The notes below the pieces were generated by a model. It searched no databases, had not been told where the DNA came from, and saw only the letters and a program-made list of their open reading frames with translations. Position numbers and translations under genes: made by a program. Below, piece after piece: positions 1 through 14,990 of a stretch of 64,000 nucleotides of DNA. Within the stretch, counting starts at the first letter, position 1; the number at the start of each line of letters is the position of its first letter. The stretch is from Octopus sinensis (Eukaryota): positions 82,212,001 through 82,276,000 of the forward strand of contig NC_042999.1 in assembly GCF_006345805.1 (NCBI RefSeq), read 5' to 3'.

Positions 1-1750
1 ATTGTCTTCTCGAATTCATTATATTATTTTTTTATTTCTTCCCTTATTTATTTGTTTAATCATTTATTTATTTTTACCGTCTTGTCACTGAGACTTTTGT
101 CTTTCTAATATTCTTATGTGTGAATGATTGTTTATACTGATGATTTATCTATGATTAACTATTTTATCTGTGATGCCTTTCGCCTCTGGGGGTTGCCACT
201 TTACATGATCTTATCATTGTAATATTTTGTATAACAGTTTGTGTTAGTCTCCCCCAACACACCATTTGATTGGCAGCGCTATTTTGTTAAGTCTTTTCTA
301 AATTTTTCAACTCTTTTATTAATCTCTCGTCTTTTACTTTATATTTATGTATATATTTACTTGTTAATCTCTTAAATTTCTATTCATCAACCCGCCTATA
401 TGAGCGTCGATAACATTTTGCTATCCTAATGGCTCTTTACTATTTATTTTTATAATATTACGTAGCTTTAGTCTAAGTTATCATTATTGTTTTTATTATA
501 ATTATTATTGGTTATCATTATTTTTGTTCCAGCAGTTCTTATTAATTTCTTAATCTTCGTAGACACTACGATCAAACTATATTATTTTTATCAATAATAG
601 CGTCGAAATTCAAATGCTATTGCTTTGGTTACAAATATTCAGACGTATTTCAGAAGGTAAAATGCACTTAAACTGTTTTAATTGCTAAACTTAACCAACA
701 TTTTTCAAGAAAATCTCAGAAGGAAAATTCGTGAAATTTTCTTGTTGTAATTTCTTTTCTTAAATGAGGTTATCTTTTCATAGAATGCAATCGAAACCCC
801 ATTAACAGATGATTATAATGAAGCGAAATTTTTAATTGAAACAGAATCGCTTTTGATTCCTCAGCGCCATTAGTATCACTTCTTTATTCTACGAGATATA
901 ACGTATTTTTTCTTGTTTTTTTAGTATTTCTTATTTTAAGTTCCTCCTCTCTTCTTCCTTGGTGTTTCTTCTTAATTTCTTCTTGTTCGTTGTTTCTCTT
1001 ATCGTTGTTTTTAATATTTTTTCAGAAATGTGTCTATTTACAGCACAGCAAGAATTGAAAACGGAAGCAGAATCTACAAATTAATGAAGGAAGAAGTGAT
1101 GCACATTTAAACTTTAAGAGAGAGAAGAGGAGGGTGTAATCAAAGATTTTTAACCAGCTTGTTTGATAACGTTTGTGAACGTAAATTACTGAACTGCTCC
1201 GTTGGATATAACGCTTATTTAATTTCGGACTCTTTACTTTCAATTTCAGTGTCAAATGTTTTAGACAAATTCTCTTTATAGCTACAAAAATTTCGACTTT
1301 TTCTCAATTTTCCTCTTGGTTTGGTCGACTTCATCTGCGGTTTCTCATCATCGCTGTTGTGAAAATTTTCAATTTATACACAAATTATTGCAATATTTTA
1401 TTATATTTTTCAATCAGTCTATTTGCTTGATTTCAAATTTGAAAATTTGCTTTAAAAATTAACTGTCTTAAACAATGGCGTGCGTTTTATTAGTTAGTGC
1501 ACGTGCCATACCTGGCCCTTCAAGACCGGTAAGATTAATACTATTATCATATAGCTAAAAGTTTTGTAAATCGATAATTGTGTGAAAGAATTGTATAGGA
1601 AAGGAATTCCTAGAGATTTTCAATCTAAAGTGGGTGGGATTTGGCGTAATATTGAGAACAGATATTAATGACACTCGTGTTACATGGGAGTAGGATAGAG
1701 GAAAAAAGGTGACATCTCGAGTTGAGGTAGCAACTCCGAGGAGCAGAGGT
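1..1750 (-). mobile_element. Heavily decayed retroelement-like coding remnants (unclassified)
   Basis: Stop-interrupted minus-strand frames give charged, coiled-coil-like peptide (ENFHNSDDEKPQMKSTKPRGKLRK...KTFDTEIESKESEIK) and a possible degenerate endonuclease motif (KWCVGGD*HK near 250-270). No intact diagnostic motif. Confidence 0.25.
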
Positions 1751-2087
1751 CAGTGCAGCAACGAGAGAAAAAGTAAAGAGTGAAGAGAGGTGTCGTAACA
1801 GTCTATGGTATGGCTATGAGTTACTTCAAGCCAATCAGTATTGTGGTTCGGTTTACAATTTTCACGTCCGTGTAGTGTTAGCACTGTCCTAGTTGTTGTA
1901 TTAGTAACCTGTTGTAGAACTTTCTTCATCTTTGAGAGTATCACACTAATTGTTATGGGAGGAAATATTTCTTAGCCTCAAATATAGTCTCTAAATCTAA
2001 GTTTACCGCTAAAACAAAAAAATTATACGAGTTTCTTTAGCAAAAGTGGTGGATTGAGACACAAAAGAATTTGTGATATTTATTTAC

Positions 2088-2762
2088 ATCTCTGTATGAG
2101 TGGATTCCATATCCTTTTAGCATCAGCTTTGATCTTCATATCTCCTGGCTCGGTAACATAAAACTGCTATCAATTTCACCGTGTGCCATTGTTTTATCTA
2201 GATTTGTTACGAGAAACAATAGAACGTTACCAAACATTAAGAGGCAAACAGGAATTATCATAAATCCAATTAAAATTACTGTATTCTTAAAACTTACCGT
2301 AGGCAGGGGGCCTCACAAAAATTTATGCATAAAAGAAACGATATAAAAATAAAGAAATCACAGATATATTGCATGAATGATAAGGTTAAAATTTACAAAA
2401 CAGAAATTGAACAAATAAAATTCAAATGGTATAGAACGTTATATAAATCATACACACAGACAGACACACATACATATATATGTATGTATGTATGTATTAT
2501 GTATGTATGTATGTATTATGTATGTATGTATGTATGTATGTATTATGTATGTATGTATGTATGGATGGATGGATGGATGGATGGATGGATGGATGGATGG
2601 ATGGATGGATGGATGGATGGATGGGTGGATGGATGGATACCAATAGGTACTTTTTATCCCCAAACGCGCATGTTCTATTGGAACAAATTCTTCTGCGATA
2701 GTTAAAGCAATGTTAAAATCACATGATCTCTGCACTGGAGTTTGCGGCCATTTATCTTCCCG
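2088..2762 (-). CDS. Candidate chain of small coding exons (2651-2762, 2298-2311, 2088-2163), product unknown
   Basis: GT-AG bounded, phase-compatible open segments giving [67 protein letters not shown]. One acceptor is a weak GAG. No recognised homology. Confidence 0.2.
2481..2638. repeat. Compound (ATGT)n/(GGAT)n microsatellite
   Basis: Read directly. Confidence 0.95.
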
Positions 2763-2769
2763 CTAACAA

Positions 2770-3004
2770 CACAGGGTTGGCCAAATGCCGCCTGACAATA
2801 AATCAAACCCATTTAATTCCAAGATTTAAAAAAAAAATTGTTTTATGAGACTTCACTAATAAATAGACAAATGCTGATAAAAAACGGTAATTTTAACACA
2901 CATCGTTCAATGATTAAACATTTATAATTGGAATAAATAAATAAAATTGGATATTATTTATGGAATTTTGATTTACTGTCGGGTGATTTATGGCCAGCAC
3001 TGTG
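2770..3004. mobile_element. MITE with ~38-bp TIRs, Tc1/mariner-like ends
   Basis: Left CACAGGGTTGGCCAAATGCCGCCTGACAATAAATCAAA vs reverse complement of right end CACAGTGCTGGCCATAAATCACCCGACAGTAAATCAAA; TA follows the right end. Confidence 0.7.
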
Positions 3005-3190
3005 TAAACAACACTGCATTATTTACGAAACAGCTGATATGATACTTTCTCTCGTGATAACTAGCGCACTATAGCTGTTCCAATAGAACATCTACGCTTA
3101 ACTAGGGGTCTTTTTTGCATCTGTCGCTGAAATATATTTTAACAAGTTACGTATGTATAGATATATTATTTTATTATTTCATTATTTTAT

Positions 3191-3492
3191 GTGTTTCAGT
3201 CATTTGACTGCTGCTATGCTATGTGAATAATATGCTTGTGAGTGGGTTTGGTAGACGGAAGCTATATATATATGTGTGTGAGTGTGCATTTGTGTGTCCG
3301 TGTTTGTCCCCCTAGCATTGCTTGACAACCGATGCTGGTGTGTTTACGTAGCCGTCACTTAGCAGTTCGGCAAAAGCACTCGATAGAATAAGTACTGGGT
3401 TTACAAAGAATAAGTCATGGGGTCGTTTTGCTCGAATCAAGGCGGTGCCCAGCATGGCCGCAGTCAAATGACTGAAACAAGTAAAAGAGAGA
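3191..3492 (+). mobile_element. SINE family A, 5'-truncated, preceded by an inverted copy of its tail
   Basis: GTGAGTGG.TTTGGTAGACGGAA...CAGCATGGCCGCAGTCAAATGACTGAAACAAGTAAAAGA; 3191-3222 is the tail in reverse. Confidence 0.85.
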
Positions 3493-3527
3493 GTATATAT
3501 AATATATATATATATATATACACATAC

Positions 3528-3607
<80 letters not shown>

Positions 3608-3755
3608 TAGTTGAATGAATTATCCTAGTATGGATAATTCGGTTAACCGATACCCGGGTAGCAAATTCACGTCAGAAAACACGATTGAAGCTACATGCCA
3701 AGGGCAGAAATCACGTGCTTTCGTGTGGAAATTTGAGTGTTTTTTGTGTGTTTCA

Positions 3756-3802
<47 letters not shown>

Positions 3803-4359
3803 ACAAGACCTCCCATAACTATCAGCCCTATGTGAAGTGTCATCACAGCATAAGAAGATTACCAATGAAGATATTCAAGCAATATCAATATATGTAGTAG
3901 TATAAGCAACCAAACCAACATAAACCTTGAACCCTTTACGAAATTTAAAGAAAACTCAGAATAACAAAGCCTAAAGATATTTTTAAAAATCAACAGAGAA
4001 TAAGTATGAGAATGTATTCCCATTGTCAGCTGCTTAGCGGATAGTGCTATGGTTTCTTTACTCGTACAGTACCATTCATTCTGGTGGTGTCCCAGAGCGT
4101 TACACAAATAAACACTGCAGGAATTAAACAGCATACGTATTACTTCTACACTGGCTTATACGTATATGTGCATATGCACGTGCGTATATGCATGTGTGTG
4201 TGTTTATGTGTATGTGTGCTTGACTGTGTGTTTTGAAGTGCCGCCATGACAAATGTACAACATTAACATGATGATAACATAATTATCATCAACTTCGTGA
4301 TCTTTTATCTTCTTCGTAGTCTTCAATTTTTACGTCATCGACTTCATCAAGATCATCCC

Positions 4360-4418
4360 CGTAATTTTCATCACGATCATCATCGTCATTATCATCATCA
4401 TCAATATCATCACCATCG

Positions 4419-4468
<50 letters not shown>

Positions 4469-4707
4469 TCATCATCGTAATCACCATCGTCGTCATGAAC
4501 ATCACCAGTTCTCGTTATACTTATCATGATTCTTATCTTCTTTAAGAAACATAAAAATAATGCTTTCGTATCGAAAATACAATGACTGTAGGCTGAGTTA
4601 GATGACGTAGTGGCAGCAGTAATAGTAACATTGTTGTTGTTGTTGTGTTGGTGGTGGTGGTGGTGGTGGTGATGGTGGTGGTGTTGTTGTTTTTGTTGTT
4701 ACTGTTG

Positions 4708-4739
<32 letters not shown>

Positions 4740-5082
4740 GGTGGTGCTGTGGTGGTGGTAATTTTAGCTGTATAAGAAATAGTTGATGTTTGTCACACAG
4801 AATTACTGCTACTGCTGCTGCTCCTGCTACTATTAATTCTGTTACCACTACTGATATTATTACTACTAACAGAAGCACTGCTGCTACTGCCACCGCTATC
4901 ACCGCCACCGCTGACGTCGTTGCTGTTGTTGCGTCTATTATTCCTGCTACTTTTTTCTTCTACTACTACTACTACTACTACTGCTGTTGCTGCTACTAAC
5001 TACTACTACTACTACTACTACTGCTACTACTACTACTACTACTAATGCTACTACTACTACTACTACTACGACTACTACTACG

Positions 5083-5132
<50 letters not shown>

Positions 5133-5270
5133 CGGTGCTGCTTCTTTGGCTGCTGCTGTTTCTGCTACTACTATCACTACCACCGCAGCTAGCTATATGG
5201 CTGCTGCTGTTGCTGCTGTTGCTGCTGTTGCTGCTGTTGCTACTGCTTCTGTTGCTACTATTACTACCAC
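4360..5270. repeat. Cluster of trinucleotide repeats (CAT, GTT/GGT, ACT, GCT)
   Basis: Read directly; source of the polyH/polyQ/polyT ORFs. Confidence 0.95.
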
Positions 5271-5784
5271 AAATGCTTTAGCTAAAGAATGCGGAAGTGA
5301 AGGAAAAAGGAACTTCACAACAACAATAACAAAACAATACGAAGGAAAACAATGATAATAATAACAGTAAGAAACCGAAATGAACAGATAACAACAGAAA
5401 TAACTGCGATATTCAGCATAACAAAACGCAAAAATATAATCGAGCCGAAATAGAAAGAAAGATGAAAGAAAACTGAAAGAACGAGCGAGGATAACAAGAA
5501 GACAAAGAAGGACAAGTAAAAAGAATGAAGAAAACAAAAAGAAAAACGAAAATGAAAAAAAGAAAACAATTGAATAGAGAAGAAAAGGTAAAAAATAAAC
5601 GATATGTAAAATGGCTGCCAAATTCGCTCATTATCGCTTCCATTTATAGACAAGCTTTGTTCTTTTTAAGATGCTTCATGACTAAGGCGCCATGTTTTAT
5701 GTTAGCAGATTTTGTTATTGCAAATCTTTCTCTCTATATCACTCGCTCTGTCACTCTTCCACACCCCTATACGTTCATTCCCTC

Positions 5785-5821
<37 letters not shown>

Positions 5822-6132
5822 CTCTCCTACCTACCCTGTCATCCTCTCCTACCTTCTCTCTCATTCAATATTTATTTACATATTTTACTTATATATATTT
5901 ATCTAATGCAAAGCAGAATGCTGTTGTGGAATTCGTTGTTTATCACTTTCAATTGTTTACATGTAAGAAAAACAAAAATTCAGATCTTTCTCGAAATAAA
6001 ATAAAATGTTTTCTTGTTCGTTTTTTTCTTTATTTTATAGTAATCACTTTTGTTATCAATCTTATGATTATTACTGTGATTTCTACTGCTATTACTACTA
6101 ATTCTTCAAATGCTACTCCTATTAATAAAAAG

Positions 6133-6171
<39 letters not shown>

Positions 6172-6660
6172 TTATTATTATTATTATTATTATTACTTTT
6201 TTTTATTATTATTATTATTTTTAATAATCGTATGTGGTGCTTCAGTTTTGTTTCTTGGATATTGCGCTCGTTGTTTGTGAATTTGATGACTGTTTTGGTA
6301 CAATGCGTTTTCTTTGATAAACCACTTTCATACATTCTTTGCGTATTGTTGTTGATTCTTTTATTTGCCGTTTGATTTATTTCAACATGTGCTACTTTTA
6401 CGCTTAGTTAACTGTGTGAAGCTTGATCTTTCCTAATGTATGAATGTACGTATGAGCGTATGTATTTATGTATGAATGCATGCTTATATGTATATATGCA
6501 CGTATGTAAGACTATATATATATATATATATATATATACGTATATATATGTGTGTATATGTGTATGTATGTATATATATATACACACACACACAACCACC
6601 ACACACACACAGAGTCGTATACGTATATTCAAAGAGATATGTAAATATGCAGAAATACAA

Positions 6661-6690
<30 letters not shown>

Positions 6691-6694
<4 letters not shown>

Positions 6695-7125
6695 GTTTCT
6701 TTTATTTGTTTCAATCATTTGACTGCGGCCATACTGGAGTACCACGTTACAGGGGTTTAGTCGAAGAAATTGTCCCAGGGTTTATTCTTTGTACGCCTAG
6801 TACTTATCCTATCGGACTCTTTTGCTGAACTTCTAAGTTACAGGGACGTGAACACACCAATATCGGTTGTCAAGCGATGGCAGTGTGGAAAAATACAGAC
6901 ACACACGCACACATAAATATACACAAACACACACACACACACACACACTTATATATATAAATGTATATACACGACGGGCGTCTTTCCGTTTCCAAATACC
7001 AAATCCACTCACAAGGTTTTGGTCTGCCCGAGGCTATTGTAGGAGAGACTTGCGCAAGGTGTCACGCAGTGGGACTGAACCTGGAATTATGTGTTGGGAA
7101 GCAAGCTTCTAACTACAGAGCTATA
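6691..7125 (-). mobile_element. SINE family A (tRNA-derived, octopus OK-like), near full length
   Basis: B-box-like GGTTCAGTCCC head, central GTGAGTGGATTTGGT domain, internal (CA)/(TA) tract and tail shared with other copies in the window. Confidence 0.9.
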
Positions 7126-7705
7126 AGTAGAGTCGTCTCCTTTTTGGCCGTTAGAAAATTGCTCTCACCTGGTTAAAAGTTGTTTTGACTCTTATTTCTA
7201 GCAGTGCTGGTGCTTAGAATCACTCTCCATCATTGGAATATCCATCTTAATAATTTATAATTCTCACTTCACCATTTTCGAAATCAGTCGATGTTTCCTA
7301 TGGTGTTCTCTATAAGGCTAAGCAGGTGACTTCGGTTCTTTAACCATCGGCGACCAAATAATGGGTCTTTGATGAAGTTTGATTCGATCTGAAATCAACG
7401 CTGATATGTCTTCATCTTGCTGGTCGTAGATAAGGAGCTGGTCCCTCTTGTCAATTGTTAGAAAAGTGCTCTGTTACATGGCTATGAGCTGCTTTGACCT
7501 TTATTTATAGCAATACTAATGTTTACAAGCACCCACTCTCAATTTAGTGACAACTGTACTTGTTGCCTTTCGTTTCTAAATTGTAAATAGTTACCTCAAC
7601 AATATATATATATATACATATATATCTTCATACATACAAACTCACTCAGATATATAAGTACTTATGTTACATATACATGTACATATATACTATACATATA
7701 TATAA

Positions 7706-8097
7706 TCTTTTCTACGCTAGGCACAAGGCCCGAAAATTTGGGAGAGGGCCAGTCGATTAAATCTACCCAAGTACGCAAGAGATACTTATTTTATCGACCC
7801 AGAGAAGATAGAAGGGAAAGTCGACCTCGGCGAAATTTGAACTCAGAACGTGAGGATAGGCGAAATACCTATTTCTTTACTGCCCACATGGGGCTACACA
7901 CAGAGGAGAAAACAAGGAAAGACAAACGGATTAAGTCGATTATATGGACCCCAGTGCGTAACTGGTACTTGTTTAATCGACCCCGAAAGGATGAAAGGCA
8001 AAGTCGACCTCGGCAGATTTTGAACTCAGAACGTAGCGGCAGACGAAATACCGCTAAGTATTTCGGGCGGCGTGCTAACGTTTCTACCAGATAGCCT
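7706..8097 (-). mobile_element. SINE family B, internally dimeric
   Basis: Two copies of ATCGACCCC.GAAAGGATGAAAGGCAAAGTCGACCTCGGC...TTTGAACTCAGAACGT; matches 18908-19332. Confidence 0.9.
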
Positions 8098-8213
8098 TAT
8101 TTATTTATATGTATCTGTGTATATATAGTATATATATGTATATATACATGTATATGTAATATATATAATATATATATATATTATATATAATATATATATA
8201 ATATATATATATT

Positions 8214-8350
8214 ACTTAGCGGTTCGGCAAAGAGATAGAATAAGTAGTGGGCTTACAAAAGAATATAGTCCCGGGGTCGAGTTGCTCGATTAAGGCGGTG
8301 CTCCAGCATGACCACAGTCAAATGACTGAAACAATTAAATAAAAGTAAGT
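8214..8350 (+). mobile_element. SINE family A, 3' portion
   Basis: CTTAGCGGTTCGGCAAAAGAG...GGCGGTGCTCCAGCATGACCACAGTCAAATGACTGAAAC. Confidence 0.85.
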
Positions 8351-8458
8351 AAAAGACTATATACATAGATACACACGTATTATGTATGATATATATACAT
8401 CTATATATAAATATGCATATATATATACATATATATATATATATATGCATATATATAC

Positions 8459-8498
<40 letters not shown>

Positions 8499-9785
8499 TA
8501 ATATATATATATATATTATATATATATATATATCAATAATAAAAGGTTAAAACCAATTAATTATTAATCAATTAGTGTTCAGTATGTAAAAGGACCATTC
8601 AAGATATATTCAAAATATTACGTTATATAATTAGGGCTCAGTAAAATAATTTACTTCACCACATACTGAAACTTTTAGAAATAGCAGCCAAAAAGTTTTT
8701 TTTAGCCATTTCTTCTACTATAAGAAAAATCTCCCAGATAGTGTTTACTCAAAAATAATTCACGTAGATATGGAGGGAAAAACAACAAAATATCACATGT
8801 ACAAAGATCATTTGAGAACGTTAACGTATCTAGATTAGTCGAATTTAAAACTCGACATTTCTTTCGTCAGCTCAACATTTCTTAATTTGGATTTGAAAGC
8901 ACTAAAAATTGAACATACCCGTCTGATATGAGTAACCTCAGACAAACCATCTCCAAACTGCCAGTGCCAACAAATTCAAAAAGTACAAGCGAAGATTTGT
9001 ATTCCTCCCGCTGCCATCCACGTGAGTTATAGAGTAAACAGAATTTTACGGTGAGAACCGTAGTAAAGAACAAGGAGAGAGGAATTGTATTATCAATAAT
9101 AAAAGGGTAAAAATCAATTAATTGTTTTACATACTGAACACTACTTGGTGAAATTAATTAATAATTATATATATGCGTGTGTATGTGTGTGAGTGGGTGG
9201 TTGTGGGACTGGTTGGGCGGGCATTTTTGTAAATGTCCACATGAGTGAGAGTTCTTTTATCCGTGTGTTTATGACTGCGTGAGTTTCAAGATAGATGAGC
9301 ATATTAGATTAAATGCACAAGTTTAGTAAGATAGAATATTAGAAAGAGATAGCCAAACAAATATCGAGAAGATTAGAATCTTGGACACAAACATAGTAAG
9401 GAATCAAGGAGAAATGCCTCAAGTTTAAGTCCATTTGCATTAATCTATGCAGACTAAGAAGCAGGTACTGCAATAAGTACAAGATTCAATTATACACATA
9501 GAGGACATATTCAGATAGTCATAAATATACTTATAATATGTACATATAAGAATGTGTGTGTGCGCGCTATATATATATATATATTATATATATATATATA
9601 ACTATACGTGTGTCTGTGTGTGTAATTATGTATATCCATATATTGGGAATGTATATAGCTGTATTGAATACATATATGCATACACAGACATACTCAAACA
9701 CATACACTCGCACACAGACATATAACTGTATGTATCTGTGTGAACATATATATATGTGTGTATGTGTATGTGTGTGTGTATGTAT

Positions 9786-9837
<52 letters not shown>

Positions 9838-9889
9838 AATAGTGATGGAGAGGAAGTAATTGAGAAATTTTAATAAATATGCATGCTGA

Positions 9890-10190
<301 letters not shown>

Positions 10191-10802
10191 ACAATGAAAA
10201 CTTGTGTAAAAAAGATCGATATACTGCTTAGTAGCTATTCGGAATATAGGTAGACAACTTAATAAACAGATGAGTTTAACCAACATGCATTCAGAAGCTC
10301 ATGGAGAAATTTAGCAGTCTCTATATTCATTGACTACGTTTACGTGATTATCTCGGCTGTATGTATGCGTTTAAGAAGATTTCCCACGTCATGATTTTAC
10401 ATCAGATCATTGATTTATTTAGTGAATATTTATATACAAATATTCGTTTTTTCTTTTTCCGTTTGATTGATCTAACCCCATAATACAAGTGCAGATGAAA
10501 AGCTCCGTCTGCACGTGATTGAGGTTGAGTATTTCTATGTATGTTCATGCGTTTTGTGTAATGATTGGCTTATTTTAGTTACAAATACGGCCAGCAATAA
10601 AATTTTATAGGTGTATGTGAGCTTATGTATGTATGCATGTATGCATTAAGCTATTATGTATCTCTACACTGCATGTAACCATAATGTTTGTTCCCAATTT
10701 CTCCTTTGTAGGCATCTAGCAATATATTTTCTACATAAACCCCGTTCTTCCACCAGACCTGTGCGTAATGATATACGTATGCAAATTTCATATATATATA
10801 TG

Positions 10803-10877
<75 letters not shown>

Positions 10878-11131
10878 ATGTATGTATGTATTTATGTATA
10901 TATATATATATATATATAAATCTATGCATACATACACATGTATATACAGATATATACATATATACATACGAGGATAACACCTGATACGATCAACGGAACA
11001 ACCTGCTCTTGAAATTAACGTACAAGCAGGTGAGGACTCCAAAATACGCGTATTCTTAGCGTAGTTCTCAGGGAGTTTCAGCGCGAAGCTATATATATTT
11101 AGACACGTGTGTGTGTCTTTTATCTTGGAAT

Positions 11132-11815
11132 TGTTTTAGTCATTAGACTGTTGCCATGCTGTGGCAATACCTTCAGGAATTTATAGTCGAGCGTATCGAT
11201 ACTAGTACATTCTTTTGCTTTTTATCCTGGTAAATATGCCATCGAACTGTTGTGCCGAACCGCTAAGTTGCGGAGACATAAACACGCCAACACCTTTTGT
11301 CAAACAGTGGAGAGGGGACAAACACAGACACACATACACAGGTAACTATATAATATATATATATATATATATATAATATATATTATATATGGCGGTGCCC
11401 CAGCATGGCCACAGCTCATAAGCTGAAACTAGAATCAATCAATCAATCATATATATATATATATATATCCATATATATATCAGAAGAATTGAAAAAGGAG
11501 ACAAACGCCGAGGATGTTATTAAGCCACTTATATCTTCATTACATCCACATATGTTTTGATGGATACATTCATCGAAACATATGTAGAAGATATGAAGAT
11601 ATAAATGTTTTAATAGTAACCTGAGCGTTTGACTACTTTTGCAGTTTTTCCTAATTTTCTCCTCAATACGACTTACTTATCCCAGAATCGAACCACACAC
11701 AAGAGTTTGGTCGGCCTGAGGATATACTAGAAGACACTTACTCAATGTGCTACGCGGTGAAACCAAACCTGGAACCATGCGGCTGGGTAGCAAGCATCTT
11801 GGCGCACCGCTACGT
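11132..11815 (-). mobile_element. SINE family A split by insertions at its internal microsatellite
   Basis: 3' half at 11132-11340 and head at ~11680-11815. Between them lie a (TA)n tract, a solo SINE tail (11391-11450) and a PLE-tail-like piece (~11480-11620). Confidence 0.7.
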
Positions 11816-11830
11816 CTGGACCTATTGTAT

Positions 11831-11911
<81 letters not shown>

Positions 11912-12788
11912 GTGTTGTGTGTTGTATGTGTTGTACAAGTAAATGTGTATATATTTATATATATTATATATATTATATATATTATATATATATATATATA
12001 TAATATATATTCGTACTTGTACACACACATACAAATAAGCGTACACACACTCACATATATATGTATAACTTTATGTACTTGCCATGCCACATCTTTGATG
12101 TGAAATCGTGTATTGAAACTGATATTGCTATATTTGGGGATGTTATTGGCAAAACAGGCATACGCATGCTGCACATGTAAATACACGCAGAGATACAGAC
12201 TTAAACGCATGCGCAAATAGAGATGCATAACATAGAGAAGACAAAATGAAATAGGCCGTGCAAGAGAGAATAGAACTCTGAAGACAGAAAGTTGTAAAAG
12301 AGAGCGGCACGGAATGCATGTTGAAAGAACTCTGACAAATATACTAATAATAAAATTAAAGCTAAAATAAATAGGTGTATTTGCAAAAGATGTCCGTCCC
12401 CAAATATAATATATGTTTATATACATACAAACACACACACACACATATATGTGTGTGTATATGTAAATATATAAATATATATACTTGTGTGTATAGTACA
12501 TAAACATATAGACATATGCATGTATATGTGTTATTCGTGGTATTATGTATGTATCTATAAGTGTGTGGGCGTCCGTGTGTGTGTGTGTTGAGTTATAATA
12601 AAAACCTAGCTATCGTTAAACTGCAGTATTAATATATTTTTGTAGAGTAGCTATCTACAAGAAGTAAGGTGACAGTGACTTCGAATTTTCAGTCTGTTAG
12701 CCTTCATCACACAGTCCAACGAAGACATTTAGGCTCAAACTTCAATTGTTAATAGCTAACACACACACACACACACACAACATACAAA

Positions 12789-12829
<41 letters not shown>

Positions 12830-12839
12830 TATATATATA

Positions 12840-12952
12840 AAATTATAATTAGGGCATCTAAGAGACACTACTACGCTGGAAATAGCAGCCAAAACCTGAC
12901 GGCTGCTGTTTCCAGCGTGGCGGTATTTCTTAGATACCTTAAATTATAATTT
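12840..12952. mobile_element. 113-bp fold-back element flanked by TA
   Basis: ~51-bp imperfect arms, 10-nt loop AAAACCTGAC, TA on both sides. Confidence 0.7.
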
Positions 12953-13032
12953 TAATGAATAAGCATTACCTTTGAAGGTTTTTCTTCCCTTGCTGGCTAT
13001 GATAAGATCGATATTTAAATCAACGATTATCC

Positions 13033-13095
<63 letters not shown>

Positions 13096-13507
13096 ACTCA
13101 AATACTACGACAATGTTTTAACACATCCTTAATGATTCGTTACAATTATATCTGTGCTAACTCTGGGTTATACCTTACTTTATGTGAGTGTGTGTGTCTC
13201 TACCTGTGTGTATGTTTACCAAATAAGCCTTGGATGGTTTGTTAATCCAATAGTCGTGTACACATGCAATGGCTCAATATCACTTCTTTATCTTTAGTCA
13301 GGCGGTTAAGTATTTTGCCCACTATCAAATCGAGCTTTTGTTTAATGTGTTTGTTGAACAATCAATCGGTTATTTGTTTGTTTGAAGGGGTTTTTGTCAT
13401 TTCGGCTCACTTTTAACTACGCCTTCAGAACAATGGAAGTGTATATTTGTATATCCGCTTCCATATCTGTGTAGTGAGTAAACACTCATTGGTACAATAA
13501 TAAAGAT

Positions 13508-13543
<36 letters not shown>

Positions 13544-13713
13544 CTGTGTATGTGTGTGTGTGTGTGTATCCGTGTGTGTGTGATTCTGTGTGTGTGTGTG
13601 TGTGCTTCTGTGTATGTGTGCTTCTGTGTGTGTGTATGTGTAAATCAATGTGTTAAAATATCAAAATATCCCTTCTAGAACGTCACAAAAATATTTTAGC
13701 TAACCCTCAGTTC

Positions 13714-13820
<107 letters not shown>

Positions 13821-14339
13821 TATATATTTATATATTTATATAATATATATACATACATACCATACATACATACATACATACATACATACACACACAACAC
13901 ACATATATATATATACACACACACGTACAAACATACATATATGAATACATAGATACATACATACATACACACACACACGTACGTGCGCATGCATGTGTAC
14001 GTGTTTGATTTGCAGACAAAATGGCTTCCGTTTTTCCTGTTTTGCTATCGATTTTTAATGTAAGCTGATACTAGAACGAGAAAGAGGAAGACAAGGAATG
14101 AAAGAAAGAAAGAAAGAAAGAAAAAAGTGGAGAGAGAGAGAGCAGGAATGAGAATGACTATATGATTTATAGAATGCTTGTTCGTGTGTGTCTGAGTTCT
14201 ACAGTGTTGGCAGTATTATAACATGCTATGTGTGTTCCCAAACCAGCCTTTCATTTATCTTACAATGCCTCTCCTCACTGCGATTTGACGTCCACTATAC
14301 TATGGTTACCTATTTTATAATGGAAATGCTGTCTTTAAT

Positions 14340-14599
14340 CTTTCACTTTTTACTTATTTCAGTCATTGGACTACGGCCATGCTGTGGCACCAGCTTGAAG
14401 AAGTTTTAGTCAAATATATCGACCTGGTATTTGTCTTTTTAAAGCTTGGTATTTGTTCTGTCGCATTTTTTACCAAGTTGCTGCGTGGATGTAAACGCAC
14501 CAGCATCGGTTGTCAAGCGGCAGTTGGGTGTCAAACACAGACACAAAGACACAGACACACACAAATGTGCATTGATATGTGAGAGAGTGTGTGTGTGTG

Positions 14600-14632
<33 letters not shown>

Positions 14633-14990
14633 TTATGCGTAAATGTCGAAAGATGGAAATGAGTGCTCAACACCGGATTGGAGGATATAATTTCTTTATT
14701 TGCAAATTAAGGCTACCATTAGTTTCATGTTAAGAAAAGTAGGAAAATATCCTAGTGTCTTAACAATTTTTAAACCGATCACATGGCGAAAGGTGTTCGC
14801 CTCCATTTAGGAAAACAGTCTTGCTTCGTTCAAATGGTTTCTTGTAAATTCGCCTAAATATAACATGATATAGATATAATCGCACGGGTTTCTTTCTAGT
14901 CTCCGTTTACAAAACCCACTTATAATGATTTGGTCAACCCATGGCTATTGTAGAAAACACCTGCCCAAGGTGTCACGCAGAAGAATTGTA
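14340..14990 (-). mobile_element. SINE family A, diverged and interrupted
   Basis: Tail and central part at 14340-14560; head-proximal part at ~14890-14990. Confidence 0.7.

Noticed and set aside
4297-5355. PolyH, polyQ, polyT and polyV ORFs
   Set aside because: Adjacent triplet repeats of changing type are open in several frames, with no non-repetitive domain or splice context.
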